IMG/VR virus record: IMGVR_UViG_3300048836_000122
Reading direction: 5' to 3' (one strand)
DNA length: 64,000 nucleotides
Source of the DNA: an uncultured virus (IMG/VR IMGVR_UViG_3300048836_000122)
Taxonomy: Duplodnaviria; Heunggongvirae; Uroviricota; Caudoviricetes
Part shown: piece after piece, positions 1 to 11,313 of the stretch
How positions within the stretch are numbered: position 1 is the first letter of the stretch
How the letters are laid out: each line of letters begins with the position of its first letter
Notes under the pieces: model-generated
What the model was told of the DNA's origin: nothing
The model's database searches: none
The model's input: only the letters and a program-made list of their open reading frames with translations
Translations under genes and position numbers: made by a program

Positions 1-714
1 GACTTCATTGCAAACTTTACATGGACGACGACAAAGCTATTTCAGTTCATCTGTAACACATCATTGAATGCTATTTCAAAGTGCTACGAGGAGAAAATTG
101 CTTTAATAGAAGCCAAAGCTTGTGCGGTAGGAGGATACCAAGCCTTGTCAAAGGAAATGCGTGATCTGATGACGACTTTGCAAAATCTGTACACCATGTA
201 CCAGATGGCGAAGGAGTGCGGAGACTATGACAAGATGACTACTCACTTCAATTCGCTTAAACAGGTGCTTAATTGTGACTGTTGTGGAACCGATGGCATA
301 TCAGAGACAACCCCACTTGAGGGAACCATAACCATAACCCAAGACATTCCATGGTCAGATGTTCCTGATGACATGCTTATGGATGGATGGGCCAAAGCCG
401 CAGGGGTTGGCGTAGATAGCTTTTTGAAGTGGAAAGTGGTCAACGGAGTATTCTACATGTATGGACGAATTCAGAAAGCAGGTGTAGCGATCAATATCTT
501 ACCCAAAGCATTTTTGAGTACGGCATTTTTGACTTCTATTGGAGTAAATGTAACAAACCTATTTCGTTCACCAGTTCACCAAGAGCCTACAGCAGGAAGT
601 GTAATTGGAAACGTTGGATGGGTATTTGCAAATGGAACTTCATTCTACATAACTGTGAATCCTGACTTTGACACGGCATTTCCCGTGGCAATAAATGCAG
701 CAATACCGCTATGA
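1..714 (+). CDS. 5'-partial putative virion structural protein
   Basis: Frame is open from position 1 through the listed ORF 64..714; Cys-rich LNCDCCG segment; directly upstream of the tail genes. Confidence 0.45.
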   Translation, partial: DFIANFTWTTTKLFQFICNTSLNAISKCYEEKIALIEAKACAVGGYQALSKEMRDLMTTLQNLYTMYQMAKECGDYDKMTTHFNSLKQVLNCDCCGTDGISETTPLEGTITITQDIPWSDVPDDMLMDGWAKAAGVGVDSFLKWKVVNGVFYMYGRIQKAGVAINILPKAFLSTAFLTSIGVNVTNLFRSPVHQEPTAGSVIGNVGWVFANGTSFYITVNPDFDTAFPVAINAAIPL

Positions 715-1373
715 TACCTATAAACAGGCCATTTGAACGAGTAAAAGACCTTGCCAAAAAAGATGCTGCAGGGTACACGGATCCGGATGAATACAACCGG
801 CACATCCGAGACGTTCAGAATATCCTGATGTCATATTACATTGCGCTCATGGAAGAAACCCAAGATGTTCCAGAGAGTTTAAATCCGTTCATCACAAGAG
901 CGTTATCTGTAACCAACAGCGGAACAGCTACAAGGCCCTCAGATTTGAGATACTTTTTGGAAGTATATGCAGGCCATCCCCAGCAAGTCGATTGCAAGAC
1001 AATGATCGCTTACTACCAGGCGACTTACGCCGGCAGCCGGGAAGTAGGCAGAAGGCAGTCTTCACCAATTCGGAAAGCGACATTGGAAAAACCGGTTTAT
1101 CACTACGAAGGCTCAACGATTATTTTGCTGCCTTCGGATATCACACATACCACAATAAGGTATATCCGATATCCAAGCGAAGCGATTTACGCCTACACAG
1201 AAGACGAAGAAGATGACCACATCATATTTGATGCAGGCAATTCAGTAAATTTAGAATGGCTGCCACAGGACGAGCACAACATTGTAGATTTACTATTATT
1301 TTTCAAAGGACTTGAAACAAGAGACACGGCAATAATACAATGGGTGGCTGGTAAAAAACAACTAACCTCATGA
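711..1373 (+). CDS. putative tail tubular / head-tail ring protein
   Basis: 220 aa; C-terminal IRYIRYP..A.YAY..D and LEW pattern resembles ring proteins of Bacteroidota podoviruses; gene position. Confidence 0.55.
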   Translation: MIPINRPFERVKDLAKKDAAGYTDPDEYNRHIRDVQNILMSYYIALMEETQDVPESLNPFITRALSVTNSGTATRPSDLRYFLEVYAGHPQQVDCKTMIAYYQATYAGSREVGRRQSSPIRKATLEKPVYHYEGSTIILLPSDITHTTIRYIRYPSEAIYAYTEDEEDDHIIFDAGNSVNLEWLPQDEHNIVDLLLFFKGLETRDTAIIQWVAGKKQLTS

Positions 1374-1374
1374 C

Positions 1375-1992
1375 ATGCCAGGATATCCAAAAAACAAACT
1401 TATAGAGCAGGTTTACCTAAGAGTAACCGGCGGTTCTACTAATAAGGACTCTGACGTGGAGACCGTGGACATCGAGCCGTATGTCGAAGCAGCTATACGA
1501 TTTGTCCATACAAAGCACTACTACGAATTCAGACAAGCAGAGGGCTATGGATTTGACGAATCTTCGTTGGAAACCTACACCGCTACTCTTGCCGATACCG
1601 AGCGAGGGTTCAAGACAATAAACTTAGGATTCACACCGCTTATCCTTCCAGGGGGCATGGCCATTGACAGCATTATTCCTGAAGAAGGCTATGTACCACT
1701 TGTAAGGATTCGAGGACAGCAATGGCTTAGCGGATTAGACAGGTTGTGCAATACAACATTTTACTGGATAGAAGGCTCCAAGGCTTTTGTGTATAATGCA
1801 GGAAAAATGTGCAACCTAATAATAAGGGCCATCCCTGATCCGGGATCACTTGGTCCGGAGGATATCGTTAAGTTACCAGCAGGAAAGGACATAGAGGTGG
1901 TAAATATAGCAACCGAATATTTCACAGGTCAGCGCACCATGCCAGCCGACATAACTCCAAACAACCGAGATGAGGTTAATCAGCGTACATGA
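1375..1992 (+). CDS. putative tail ring/structural protein
   Basis: 205 aa, tightly packed in the structural operon; similar size to the neighbouring ring proteins. Confidence 0.45.
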   Translation: MPGYPKNKLIEQVYLRVTGGSTNKDSDVETVDIEPYVEAAIRFVHTKHYYEFRQAEGYGFDESSLETYTATLADTERGFKTINLGFTPLILPGGMAIDSIIPEEGYVPLVRIRGQQWLSGLDRLCNTTFYWIEGSKAFVYNAGKMCNLIIRAIPDPGSLGPEDIVKLPAGKDIEVVNIATEYFTGQRTMPADITPNNRDEVNQRT

Positions 1993-2893
1993 TATAGCCC
2001 TGGACGTATGTTCCCAGATAGGCGATGAAAGTGCCAAGAATCTTCATAGAGTGATGAGGATGGGTGCAAGGGCCGCCGAGCAACTGAACCTTCGGTTTAA
2101 TGTGCAAGTGCGTACAGAAATGTTCCGGTTATCTGAAAGCAATACAATCACGCTCCCTGAGAAGGCACTCAAGCCAATAAAAACCGGAAAAGTAGTCAAT
2201 GGGAAGCTCGATCTCTTTGATTTAACAGGAAGCCTATTCACAGAAAGTCAGATTGAAGGATGTGTTTGTGAAGAAACGGTGAACTACGACATTTTGTGCC
2301 CGGTACATACCATGAATAATTGCTGTTCTGGTCACAGTATTTATGGTTCGTTCATGGGAACTGGCTCACGTTTGTATATTGGATGCGCTCGGTGGAAACC
2401 GGAGAACAACACCATTTATTATGACAGCGCAGGACTTGATGTTGGCGAATATTTATTGGTAGAGTATCAACTCGAAGGAGACGAGCAAGCCTGCATGATA
2501 CCTTCAGTACTTCGGGAAGGAATGATCCAAAGAATATTAATGTGGTTCAACCAAGAATCAAATCCAAGGGCTTCGATGCTCAATGAGCGCAGGTTCGTCA
2601 TAGAACTAAATGAGGCCAAGCGCACAATGGAAACGTGGACCTACGATGACCTGGTAAAGGCATTGCGTGGCACATACAGTCCTCGCACATATAGAAGACC
2701 CAAGGCAACACCGCCGCAGATTATAAACAAGACATACGAATACGTTGATCCAACAAGCACAACAACTCCCGGTCCGTTTTATGACGATTCAGAAGCCTTG
2801 GCGAACGGAGTATTGCCTGGTCAGCAGTATTATGTAGGAGAAAACAATTATTGGTCACTACCGCCAAACGTGGTAAGAATATTAGGAGCATGA
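1970..2893 (+). CDS. putative tail ring/structural protein
   Basis: 307 aa, overlaps both neighbours; structural module context. Confidence 0.45.
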   Translation: MRLISVHDIALDVCSQIGDESAKNLHRVMRMGARAAEQLNLRFNVQVRTEMFRLSESNTITLPEKALKPIKTGKVVNGKLDLFDLTGSLFTESQIEGCVCEETVNYDILCPVHTMNNCCSGHSIYGSFMGTGSRLYIGCARWKPENNTIYYDSAGLDVGEYLLVEYQLEGDEQACMIPSVLREGMIQRILMWFNQESNPRASMLNERRFVIELNEAKRTMETWTYDDLVKALRGTYSPRTYRRPKATPPQIINKTYEYVDPTSTTTPGPFYDDSEALANGVLPGQQYYVGENNYWSLPPNVVRILGA

Positions 2894-5800
2894 GGTATAT
2901 CTTAATTTTCATGTTATTCACGTCCGGTCTGTTCGCCCAGCAGCAGAGTGAGACTATTCGAGGTTCAATGATAACCATCACTAAGGTACCACCGACATTC
3001 GTACCAGGACCGGGTGCGCCGTGGTTTGCAAAGGTGATCACTACGGGAGACTTCTACGAATGGGATTGGAATGAGAATACATGGCACAACACAGGAGCGA
3101 GGCTGTATGAGACTGGAACAAGCGGTGTACCTGCCTATGTACCGGGCGTATCACGGAAGGAATTTGCTATAAATTTAGAAGGGGAACTGTATTATTGGAC
3201 GGGTTCTTGGAACTTGATCACACCTGATTTAAGTGGTTATGTACAGTATTCTGACAGTTTGGCAACGTTTGTCACACCATCGCAGCTTTCAGATAGCTTA
3301 GATGGACATCTTACGTGGGCTGATACAGCCACGATAGCCACACAGTACTATGTGAATTCCCAAGGGTTCTTAACCGTAGAATTGGATGGAGACCCAACTA
3401 ACGAACTTCAAACATTGAGTATCTCAAATGATACTCTTTACCTGACAAGTGGGGGATTCGTTGTTTTACCGCCAAGTACAGATACATCTGGGTATAATCA
3501 AAGTTTGACATATAGCGGAGATACTCTGTATTTAACAGATGATGCAGGAACTATTTTCACGGTAATCCCTTCAGTTGATTTAACTGGATATTTAACTTGG
3601 TTAGATACTGTAACACTCGCTACTCAGAATTTTGTTTTATCTCAGGGATTTCTAACTGCGGAACTTGATGGCGATCCTACAAATGAACTTCAAAATATAT
3701 CTATTAATGTAGATACAGTCTTTCTTTCAAACGGAGGGTTTATTATTCTACCCCCTTCGGTATCAACAGATACTTCGGGATATAACATAGCGCTTTCGTA
3801 TAGTGGGGATACCTTGTATCTAACAGATGCAAACGGTACTTTAACGACTAAGATTCCTTTATCCGACAGTATAGCATCTGTTCGAGCAGAAATACCAGAT
3901 GTATCTATTTTTGTAGAATATGGAGACTCAAATATAGTATTTGTAACTCCTACGCAATTACAAGATACAAGTATCGCCATCCGTGCAGATTTCCCTATCA
4001 ATACAGATACGTCAGGATATAATCAGTCTTTGATTTTTAGCGGTGACACGCTATACCTTATAGACGGGAATGGCACATTGTTTGCCGTTATTCCTTCGGT
4101 AGATTTAACGCCTTACGTTCAATACACAGATAGCCTAACCGTATTTGTCACACCCTCTCAATTAGTGGATTCTATTAACGCTATCCCTCAGATTGATTTA
4201 ACACCATACGTTCAGTATGCAGACTCCTTAACGACTTTCGTTACCCCAAATATGCTTACGGATTCAAGCATTGCGATAAGAGGGGATTTTCCGGTCAATA
4301 CAGACGACCAAGCTATATCAATTGATTCAGTAGGGCGGTACTTCACCATCACACTTGAGGACGGAGGTATTGTTACTTTTCAAGACCAAGTTGGAATACC
4401 AGGAGGCGGTGACGATTGGGGAGCGCAGACCGTTGTAAGCGATGGAACATTGTCAGGAGTAGGTATAACGGGAGACGCTTTGAAAGTTGATACCACGATA
4501 ATCGCAACCAAGTCAGATATTCCAGTATTAACGGGGTACGTTCAATTTAGTGATTCACTTACTAGGTTTGTCACACCGGATATGTTAGACGACAGCACGG
4601 CAGCGGTTAGGGGTGATTTTCCCGTTAATACCGACACGCAAGATTTAAGTATTGATAGTACGGGGAGGTTTTTTACAATCAGTTTAGTAGATGGTGGTTC
4701 GGTGACTTTTGAAGACACGAATACAGAATACGATTTATCGGGGTACGTTGAATACGGTGACAGCCTTACTACATTTGTGACACCATCCCAACTTGTAGAT
4801 TCAATCAACGCAATACCCGCAGTTGATTTAAGTGGATATGTAGAGTTCTCAGATTCACTAACTACGTTTGTCACACCCACAATGCTAAACGATTCAGCCG
4901 ACGCAATACGGGGTGACTTTCCAGTCAACACGGACGAACAAGATTTAACCATCGGGGGAACTGGCCCAACTTACACCATAGATATAAGCGGTGGCAATGA
5001 CGTAACTATTTCAGCCGCTGGGATAGCAACACTAAGCGAACCAACGGCAAACACCTTGCTAATTACAGCCACAGAAGTAGATGGTTCGGTTACGAATGAA
5101 CTGCAAACCATAAGCACGTCCGGTGCTGCGGGTAATATTACGTTAAGTGATGGAGGTGGTACATTAAACTTAAATGTAAATGATGCAGATGCGAGTTCAA
5201 CAAACGAACTACAAACTTTGTCATGGTCTGCAGGAACAGCCGGTCAGGACGAAATAACGTTATCGAACGGAGGAGGTACAGTTACAATAACAGACGACAA
5301 TACACAACTAACAGACGAACAGGTACAAGATATTGCCGGTGGTATGGTTACAGGTAATACCGAGACCTTGATTACGGTAACTTATCAGGATGCAGACGGC
5401 ACGATTGACTATGTTGTAGATAATAATCTCGCTAACTATTCAAATGCAACGAGTCAATTTCTTACAGCAAATCAGTCTATAACATTAACCGGAGACGTTA
5501 CGGGCACAGGAACAACAGCGATAACGACAACAATTGCTACGGGCGCAGTTGGTTCAGATGAACTCGCAAGTACAGCGGTGACACCTGGCGCGTACACAGC
5601 GGCAAATATTACGGTAGATGCTGATGGAAGGATTACGGCAGCATCAAACGGAAGCGGAGGCGGAGCGGCAACGGGAAACATTGCAACCTTATCTGTCTAT
5701 AAAACCACAGACCAAACACTAACTACAACATATACTGATATTACATCATGGGCAACACCTCAAATTGAGGATGCACCATATACAATGAATACAACTTCTG

Positions 5801-7581
5801 GTATAGTTGTAATAGACAGCGCAGGGAGATACTTAATCACATCAAACTACCAACTTTATGCCACAGGCGTAAGGTGTAATGGGTATATAAGGCCGTATGT
5901 GGCAACAGGGAGTGGCTTTGTTGGACTATCAGAGGAGTCTATTAGCTATGTAAGAGGTACCGCCAATCCTGATAATTTATACTATGGATCTGCGTCGATC
6001 ACTTTTAATTATGATTTTAGCGCAGGAGATTCACTTGTTTTTCGTGGAAAATATGAGGGCACGGTTGGTGACATTCAAGACATAAATTTAGTAATGTATA
6101 AAATGGAGGGGGTTATTGGACCAGAAGGTCCAGCAGGTGCAGACGAGCAAGACCTTTCATATACAGCGGCAACGGGGGAAATGGCTATATCTGGAGGTGC
6201 AGCCGCCACGATACCTGTAATGACAGCATCGGTCAGGGGATTAACTCCAGACGGTGATGGGGCGGGAACTGACGAGTTTCTACGAGAAGATGGTACATGG
6301 GCAATTCCACCTGATACAGATACTCAACTAACCGAGGAGCAAGTAGAAGATTTTGTTGGTGGAATGGTAACTGGAAATACCGAAACACTAATAACGGTCA
6401 CATATCAGGATGCAGATGGTACGTTAGATTTTGCGGTGGACAACAACTTAGCTAACTACTCTAACGCCACAAGTCAATTCTTAACATCCGAGGTTGATGG
6501 CAGTACAACTAATGAATTACAAACAGTCGCCAATACAAGTGATGCAACATCACATACAGCCACCTTATCAAATAGTGGAGGGTCTATACAGTTGGTTGAA
6601 GGTGCTAACATAACGCTTACAACCACAGGCACGGGATTAGATGGCATCGTTACAATAGCCTCAACGGGCGGTGGTATAGGCGGGTCGGGTACGACTAACT
6701 ATATGCCTAAGTTTACAGCCGCCACAACGATAGGCAATGGCCCTGTATTTGTAAATGGCTCATCCATCGGTGTGAATACGACAAATACAGATGGTTATGT
6801 TACTATTGGAGGCGCAGGTGCGGGAGCAAAAGAGTTTTTAAAAATAATCCACACTGACGGGGCGGGAAGGCCAATTACATTTTATGACAATACGAACTTT
6901 GTCGGCGGTATAGATTACAATTTTGCAGGAAATTATTTTAGCTTTGACGTTACAAACGCCTCCAATTCAAGAATATCAGATGCGTTTGTAATAATGTCAG
7001 AAAGTAATACCAATACAGTTAGTGTTGGCAGTGCAACACCTCCATCAAGTTCAATATTAAATGTATCATCAACCTCGAAGGGATTTGCTCCCCCGCGAAT
7101 GACTACTTCCCAAAAAAATGCAATAGGAAGCCCTGTAGCGGGTCTGCAAGTGTATGACTTAACGCTAAATCAGATGCAGCACTATAACGGCGCATCATGG
7201 GTGAACGAAGGTATTGACAGAGTTGTGTATGACACAATATACACACCAACACCAAGCGGAATAGCTAATGTTACTACTGTCACATCAGGGAAGTGGCGAG
7301 CAACAAGAATTGGTAACATTGTAGAGTTTTCAGGAGATATAAGTGTGACTCCAACAGCCGCAGCGAATACAACTACTACAATAGCTATAACCTTACCAAT
7401 AGCATCTGACTTTGTGGTAGGAAACGAAGCGGCAGGAACAGCGGTATGTGATGTAATAAATATGTTTAGATCAGGAATTGTACAAGCTAATACACCAACT
7501 GATAGACTTGTTTTAAATTTTTCATCCAATACCACATCACCAACAACTATAACTATAACAGGTTCTTATGAAATCCTTTAA
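2890..7581 (+). CDS. long fibre/adhesin-like repeat protein with N-terminal signal peptide
   Basis: ATG at 2890 overlaps the previous stop; MRYILIFMLFTSGLFA|Q signal-like start; repeats DGDPTNELQ, YxDSLTxFVTP and GMVTGNTETLITVTYQDADGT; SSTSKGFAPPRMT motif. Confidence 0.7.
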   Translation: MRYILIFMLFTSGLFAQQQSETIRGSMITITKVPPTFVPGPGAPWFAKVITTGDFYEWDWNENTWHNTGARLYETGTSGVPAYVPGVSRKEFAINLEGELYYWTGSWNLITPDLSGYVQYSDSLATFVTPSQLSDSLDGHLTWADTATIATQYYVNSQGFLTVELDGDPTNELQTLSISNDTLYLTSGGFVVLPPSTDTSGYNQSLTYSGDTLYLTDDAGTIFTVIPSVDLTGYLTWLDTVTLATQNFVLSQGFLTAELDGDPTNELQNISINVDTVFLSNGGFIILPPSVSTDTSGYNIALSYSGDTLYLTDANGTLTTKIPLSDSIASVRAEIPDVSIFVEYGDSNIVFVTPTQLQDTSIAIRADFPINTDTSGYNQSLIFSGDTLYLIDGNGTLFAVIPSVDLTPYVQYTDSLTVFVTPSQLVDSINAIPQIDLTPYVQYADSLTTFVTPNMLTDSSIAIRGDFPVNTDDQAISIDSVGRYFTITLEDGGIVTFQDQVGIPGGGDDWGAQTVVSDGTLSGVGITGDALKVDTTIIATKSDIPVLTGYVQFSDSLTRFVTPDMLDDSTAAVRGDFPVNTDTQDLSIDSTGRFFTISLVDGGSVTFEDTNTEYDLSGYVEYGDSLTTFVTPSQLVDSINAIPAVDLSGYVEFSDSLTTFVTPTMLNDSADAIRGDFPVNTDEQDLTIGGTGPTYTIDISGGNDVTISAAGIATLSEPTANTLLITATEVDGSVTNELQTISTSGAAGNITLSDGGGTLNLNVNDADASSTNELQTLSWSAGTAGQDEITLSNGGGTVTITDDNTQLTDEQVQDIAGGMVTGNTETLITVTYQDADGTIDYVVDNNLANYSNATSQFLTANQSITLTGDVTGTGTTAITTTIATGAVGSDELASTAVTPGAYTAANITVDADGRITAASNGSGGGAATGNIATLSVYKTTDQTLTTTYTDITSWATPQIEDAPYTMNTTSGIVVIDSAGRYLITSNYQLYATGVRCNGYIRPYVATGSGFVGLSEESISYVRGTANPDNLYYGSASITFNYDFSAGDSLVFRGKYEGTVGDIQDINLVMYKMEGVIGPEGPAGADEQDLSYTAATGEMAISGGAAATIPVMTASVRGLTPDGDGAGTDEFLREDGTWAIPPDTDTQLTEEQVEDFVGGMVTGNTETLITVTYQDADGTLDFAVDNNLANYSNATSQFLTSEVDGSTTNELQTVANTSDATSHTATLSNSGGSIQLVEGANITLTTTGTGLDGIVTIASTGGGIGGSGTTNYMPKFTAATTIGNGPVFVNGSSIGVNTTNTDGYVTIGGAGAGAKEFLKIIHTDGAGRPITFYDNTNFVGGIDYNFAGNYFSFDVTNASNSRISDAFVIMSESNTNTVSVGSATPPSSSILNVSSTSKGFAPPRMTTSQKNAIGSPVAGLQVYDLTLNQMQHYNGASWVNEGIDRVVYDTIYTPTPSGIANVTTVTSGKWRATRIGNIVEFSGDISVTPTAAANTTTTIAITLPIASDFVVGNEAAGTAVCDVINMFRSGIVQANTPTDRLVLNFSSNTTSPTTITITGSYEIL

Positions 7582-7622
7582 ATCAATTAATATGAAGTAC
7601 TTATTATTTAAATAACAGCAAA

Positions 7623-10600
7623 ATGAGAGACATAGCGATCAACACCTTTCAAGGAGGACTTAACACAGATGTGGACCGGAGAATGACACCGGAGGGTGAT
7701 TGGATTGCTTCAAAGAACATCGTAAACTACCACCAAGGAAAAGACGGAGTAGTAAAGCCACTTTTGGGGAATGCAGAAATCCCATTAGCACCAATAAGCC
7801 TTCCAGACGGAATCAATCAATGCATTGGCAGCTATGAAGATGAACAAACAAAAAGTGTCATCTGGTTCAACTACAACTCCAACAACCAACACGGAATATA
7901 CCGGTACTGGCATGAGCAGTTCAAAGTGGACCAGGTAAAAATCTGGCCCAACTTTGACTTTGACCCTTCCAGGAAAATCACTGGTATCGCAGTAGTCGAT
8001 GGCCGCTATTTAATTTGGACAGATGTCCGGGCCACCCCGACAGAACTATCCGGTCAGCCGCTTGGAACGAATGCCGGGAATCAACCAAGATGTTTGGACA
8101 TGGAATATGCTACCTTAATCGGAGGAACATTCCTTGCGAATACAGGTAATGCATACAAGGCGTTGAGCTATGAGTTATTCATACACTTCAACCTTATCAC
8201 AGTTGAATCCATCCCGGACCCAATTCTAATCCAAGCAAGATTTACCAATATAGATGGAACAGTAGAACTAACACCGTTCACAACAATAGCGAGTATTCCA
8301 GCACAATCGATTCCGGACTTTGAAAACACCAAGGATGGAATCTATAACCAACTGGCACTTGCGATAGAAGCCCTCATTGCTGGATCGGTCGCCGAGGATA
8401 AACGAAAATATACAGAAATAACAATACCGCCTGGACTCATAGGCAGAAGGATGGAGGTTCAAGTTTTAAATAGTACAGAAGTAGTCGCTTACCTAAAACC
8501 TACAAATCATTACTACTTCCCACACATTGACGAGCAGTTTGACCTACACAAGCCAATGCCGCTTGATCACATTGATGCCGCCTACATTAAGCACGTCACG
8601 CAATTTGACGGACCGGATCCTATTTACAAAGACAATAGGTATAATTATGGGCGAAACACTCAATTCACATACAGATACATCTACTACGACAACAGCAGGA
8701 GTCCGTGGGCACCGTACAGCATTGTGCCAACGAACTATCAAACCAAAGACGACAACCCATTTGAGATAAAAGTGCGCAGGGAGTTCAGCGATATACTATT
8801 AAGGCTTCAAGACGATAAGTTGGTGGAAGCATGGACAGGATACATCAAGCAAGTAGAGATTGCGTACAGAACTTCCATAAACAACCCAATAGTAAGTATT
8901 GGTCGATTTTATCCATGGGATTTAAATGAGACCTTAGTTTACGGAGACACGCAGTACGCAAATGACGGATGGCAGAAGGTGTTCAAAGGAAACGAAACAG
9001 CGGTAGCTGTTGCGAGTGACGAAGTCGGGAGTACAGGCGACACGCAAGTATTAAAACTCTTTGATTGGATGCCAAAGCGAGTCAATGGGCTAACCACAGT
9101 GGCCGATGAATCTGGGCAATCCAGGATAATGATTGGAGGCGAAGCAATGGGATATGAAAACCCAATCGTAAAAGCCAATATAGAAGTGATATCCGCATTC
9201 ATACCATTGAGTTTTGGCATATCATTTGAACAACGGTCAAGAAAGTTCTTAAAGAAAGGCGGTCGATATGCCGTGTATATCAACTATTACGACAAAAAGG
9301 GATTTAGCCCTGGATCGATAAGAATAGGATATGCAGAAATACCTTACGATGGACAAGCACAGAACGTTCACTATCTACGAGTCACATTTGAAACACCAGC
9401 GCCATCATGGGCGGTTAGGTGGAGAATTGGTATAAGTAGAAACTTGACACAAGGAATTTATCAGCAAATGATAGGTGCTCGTGCATCAGCATTGTTAGTA
9501 TCCGAAAACGGAGCAGTTGTAACACCAACTACCTTCGACAATGCAACGCATCTTCAGATAAGGCTTGGAAGAAATAAGGTACCTGATCTTGCCGAGCAAG
9601 TAACACTATTTGATTGGGGGGAAAACACAACCGGTCAGATATATTGGGCAGCAGGACCGAAGGATAGGGTGCAGCTTGTTTTATATGGTATAGGCTTTAC
9701 GTTTGCGCCAAACCCGGGTGGATACTATGGCGAACCAAGGAATGTGCCATTTACAAACAGCTTAGACTCCCCACACTTCAATGCGCCTATTGTTGGGTAC
9801 ATGAGCGATGTAGGAACGAATTTTATATGGAGGTACTTGCTTATTGAAAAAGACGAAATATACAGAGAATGGTATGAATTTGATTATGCAGGAATAAATC
9901 TTGGTATAGCCCAGATGCTTGAGGTTTATAGACCATCTACCGTGTCCGAGGAGTTCGCGCATGAAACAACAGCCGACGGCAGAGTATATTTGGATGGAAA
10001 TACATACACACACTTACCTCAAGGAGATCCTCAGCGAATTGATGTTTTAGGAGGCGACACGTATTATCAATCCCCTAAGTTTGAAAGATCATCAGATACA
10101 TACTACTCTAACTTGTATTTGGAAACAAAAACACAGTACAACTGGAATGACGAGGAACTTGACGACTTTGGACGAGTATTTACACCGGAAGATGGTCGAG
10201 AAGAATACAACTACCAGCGGATAAGAATATCCGATGCATACACGCCATCAACCCGGATCAATGGATTGAGTGCTTTTCGAGGGCTTAATTTCATTGACAT
10301 AAACAAAAACTTTGGCCCGATCATGGCGCTGAAGAACATCCGGGATGACGTGGCGGCTATTTGTTGGAACAAGATTCAGCCTATTTATATAGGAAAAGGC
10401 CGAGTGCTTCAATTAGACGGACAAGAGCAAGTCGGAAGAAGTTCATCCTTGATGACACTTGCAGCACCTCTTATGGAGGATTTGGGAACACAGAACCCTG
10501 AAAGCCTGGTCAGTACCGGTCGATTAGTTTACGGCGTAGATAAGCGCATGGGCGTAGTATGGAGATATTCCAATGACGGACTTACGCCGATATCCTACTA

Positions 10601-11312
10601 TAAAAACATGAACAAGTTTAAGGATCTTCTTGTCGCTTCTGAAAGTTCATACACAGTAGGATTGTTTATACTTGGAGGATATGACCCAAGGCTAAAGATG
10701 TATTTCTTTTCATTAACGGCACATACATTATACGCTGATTCACGTGAACCTGTTCAAGTAGCTGGCAGGACATTTGGGTTTTGCGAAACCGACAACAATT
10801 GGAAGGACGAGTTCTCGTTTATTCCGGAAATGTATGGCGTAGGCGGTATTCACATGGTCAGCTTCAAAAATGGATCTCCATGGAAGCACAATCAAGCACT
10901 TGATGAAAACTTAGTAGCGATACCTCCATGTAATTTCTATGGGGGTCAGTATGTTCCGGAGTTGACCTATGTAGTCAATAAAAACCCGGGAACAACGAAA
11001 GTCTGGCAAAATTTAAGAATGCAGTCCAAAGCAAAATGGGAAGCTATTCAAATTATAATCCCGCCAAATGACAAATATCCACTTGGGATGTTGTCCAGGC
11101 TAAAGGCATCCAACATCACAAACAGAGAAGGGATGTTTTTGGCAGACTTCCTTCGAGACATTTATGATCCGGAGTTCAATACTGTGATATCCGCACTATT
11201 GAGAGGTCGGGTATTGCGAGGTGAGATTTTAATCGTATCTTTACAAGGCGAATTAGACAATGATTTGGTTCGCATAGACACTGAATACTTTCCATCAATG
11301 AAAACCAATTGA
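7623..11312 (+). CDS. tail stabilisation / nozzle protein (P22 gp10-like, crAss muzzle-like)
   Basis: 1229 aa; N-terminal NTFQGGLNTD..R..PEGDW..SKNI and C-terminal CNFYG..Y...L..VVN..P...KVW motifs typical of this family. Confidence 0.7.
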   Translation: MRDIAINTFQGGLNTDVDRRMTPEGDWIASKNIVNYHQGKDGVVKPLLGNAEIPLAPISLPDGINQCIGSYEDEQTKSVIWFNYNSNNQHGIYRYWHEQFKVDQVKIWPNFDFDPSRKITGIAVVDGRYLIWTDVRATPTELSGQPLGTNAGNQPRCLDMEYATLIGGTFLANTGNAYKALSYELFIHFNLITVESIPDPILIQARFTNIDGTVELTPFTTIASIPAQSIPDFENTKDGIYNQLALAIEALIAGSVAEDKRKYTEITIPPGLIGRRMEVQVLNSTEVVAYLKPTNHYYFPHIDEQFDLHKPMPLDHIDAAYIKHVTQFDGPDPIYKDNRYNYGRNTQFTYRYIYYDNSRSPWAPYSIVPTNYQTKDDNPFEIKVRREFSDILLRLQDDKLVEAWTGYIKQVEIAYRTSINNPIVSIGRFYPWDLNETLVYGDTQYANDGWQKVFKGNETAVAVASDEVGSTGDTQVLKLFDWMPKRVNGLTTVADESGQSRIMIGGEAMGYENPIVKANIEVISAFIPLSFGISFEQRSRKFLKKGGRYAVYINYYDKKGFSPGSIRIGYAEIPYDGQAQNVHYLRVTFETPAPSWAVRWRIGISRNLTQGIYQQMIGARASALLVSENGAVVTPTTFDNATHLQIRLGRNKVPDLAEQVTLFDWGENTTGQIYWAAGPKDRVQLVLYGIGFTFAPNPGGYYGEPRNVPFTNSLDSPHFNAPIVGYMSDVGTNFIWRYLLIEKDEIYREWYEFDYAGINLGIAQMLEVYRPSTVSEEFAHETTADGRVYLDGNTYTHLPQGDPQRIDVLGGDTYYQSPKFERSSDTYYSNLYLETKTQYNWNDEELDDFGRVFTPEDGREEYNYQRIRISDAYTPSTRINGLSAFRGLNFIDINKNFGPIMALKNIRDDVAAICWNKIQPIYIGKGRVLQLDGQEQVGRSSSLMTLAAPLMEDLGTQNPESLVSTGRLVYGVDKRMGVVWRYSNDGLTPISYYKNMNKFKDLLVASESSYTVGLFILGGYDPRLKMYFFSLTAHTLYADSREPVQVAGRTFGFCETDNNWKDEFSFIPEMYGVGGIHMVSFKNGSPWKHNQALDENLVAIPPCNFYGGQYVPELTYVVNKNPGTTKVWQNLRMQSKAKWEAIQIIIPPNDKYPLGMLSRLKASNITNREGMFLADFLRDIYDPEFNTVISALLRGRVLRGEILIVSLQGELDNDLVRIDTEYFPSMKTN

Positions 11313-11313
11313 C

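Noticed and set aside
2890..7581. Diversity-generating retroelement target
   Set aside because: No reverse transcriptase and no template/variable repeat pair differing at adenines; the repeats are ordinary coding repeats.
7592..7615. Micro-ORF MKYLLFK resembling the start of the gene at 63718
   Set aside because: Too short to call; may be a stub of a deleted gene or a chance match.
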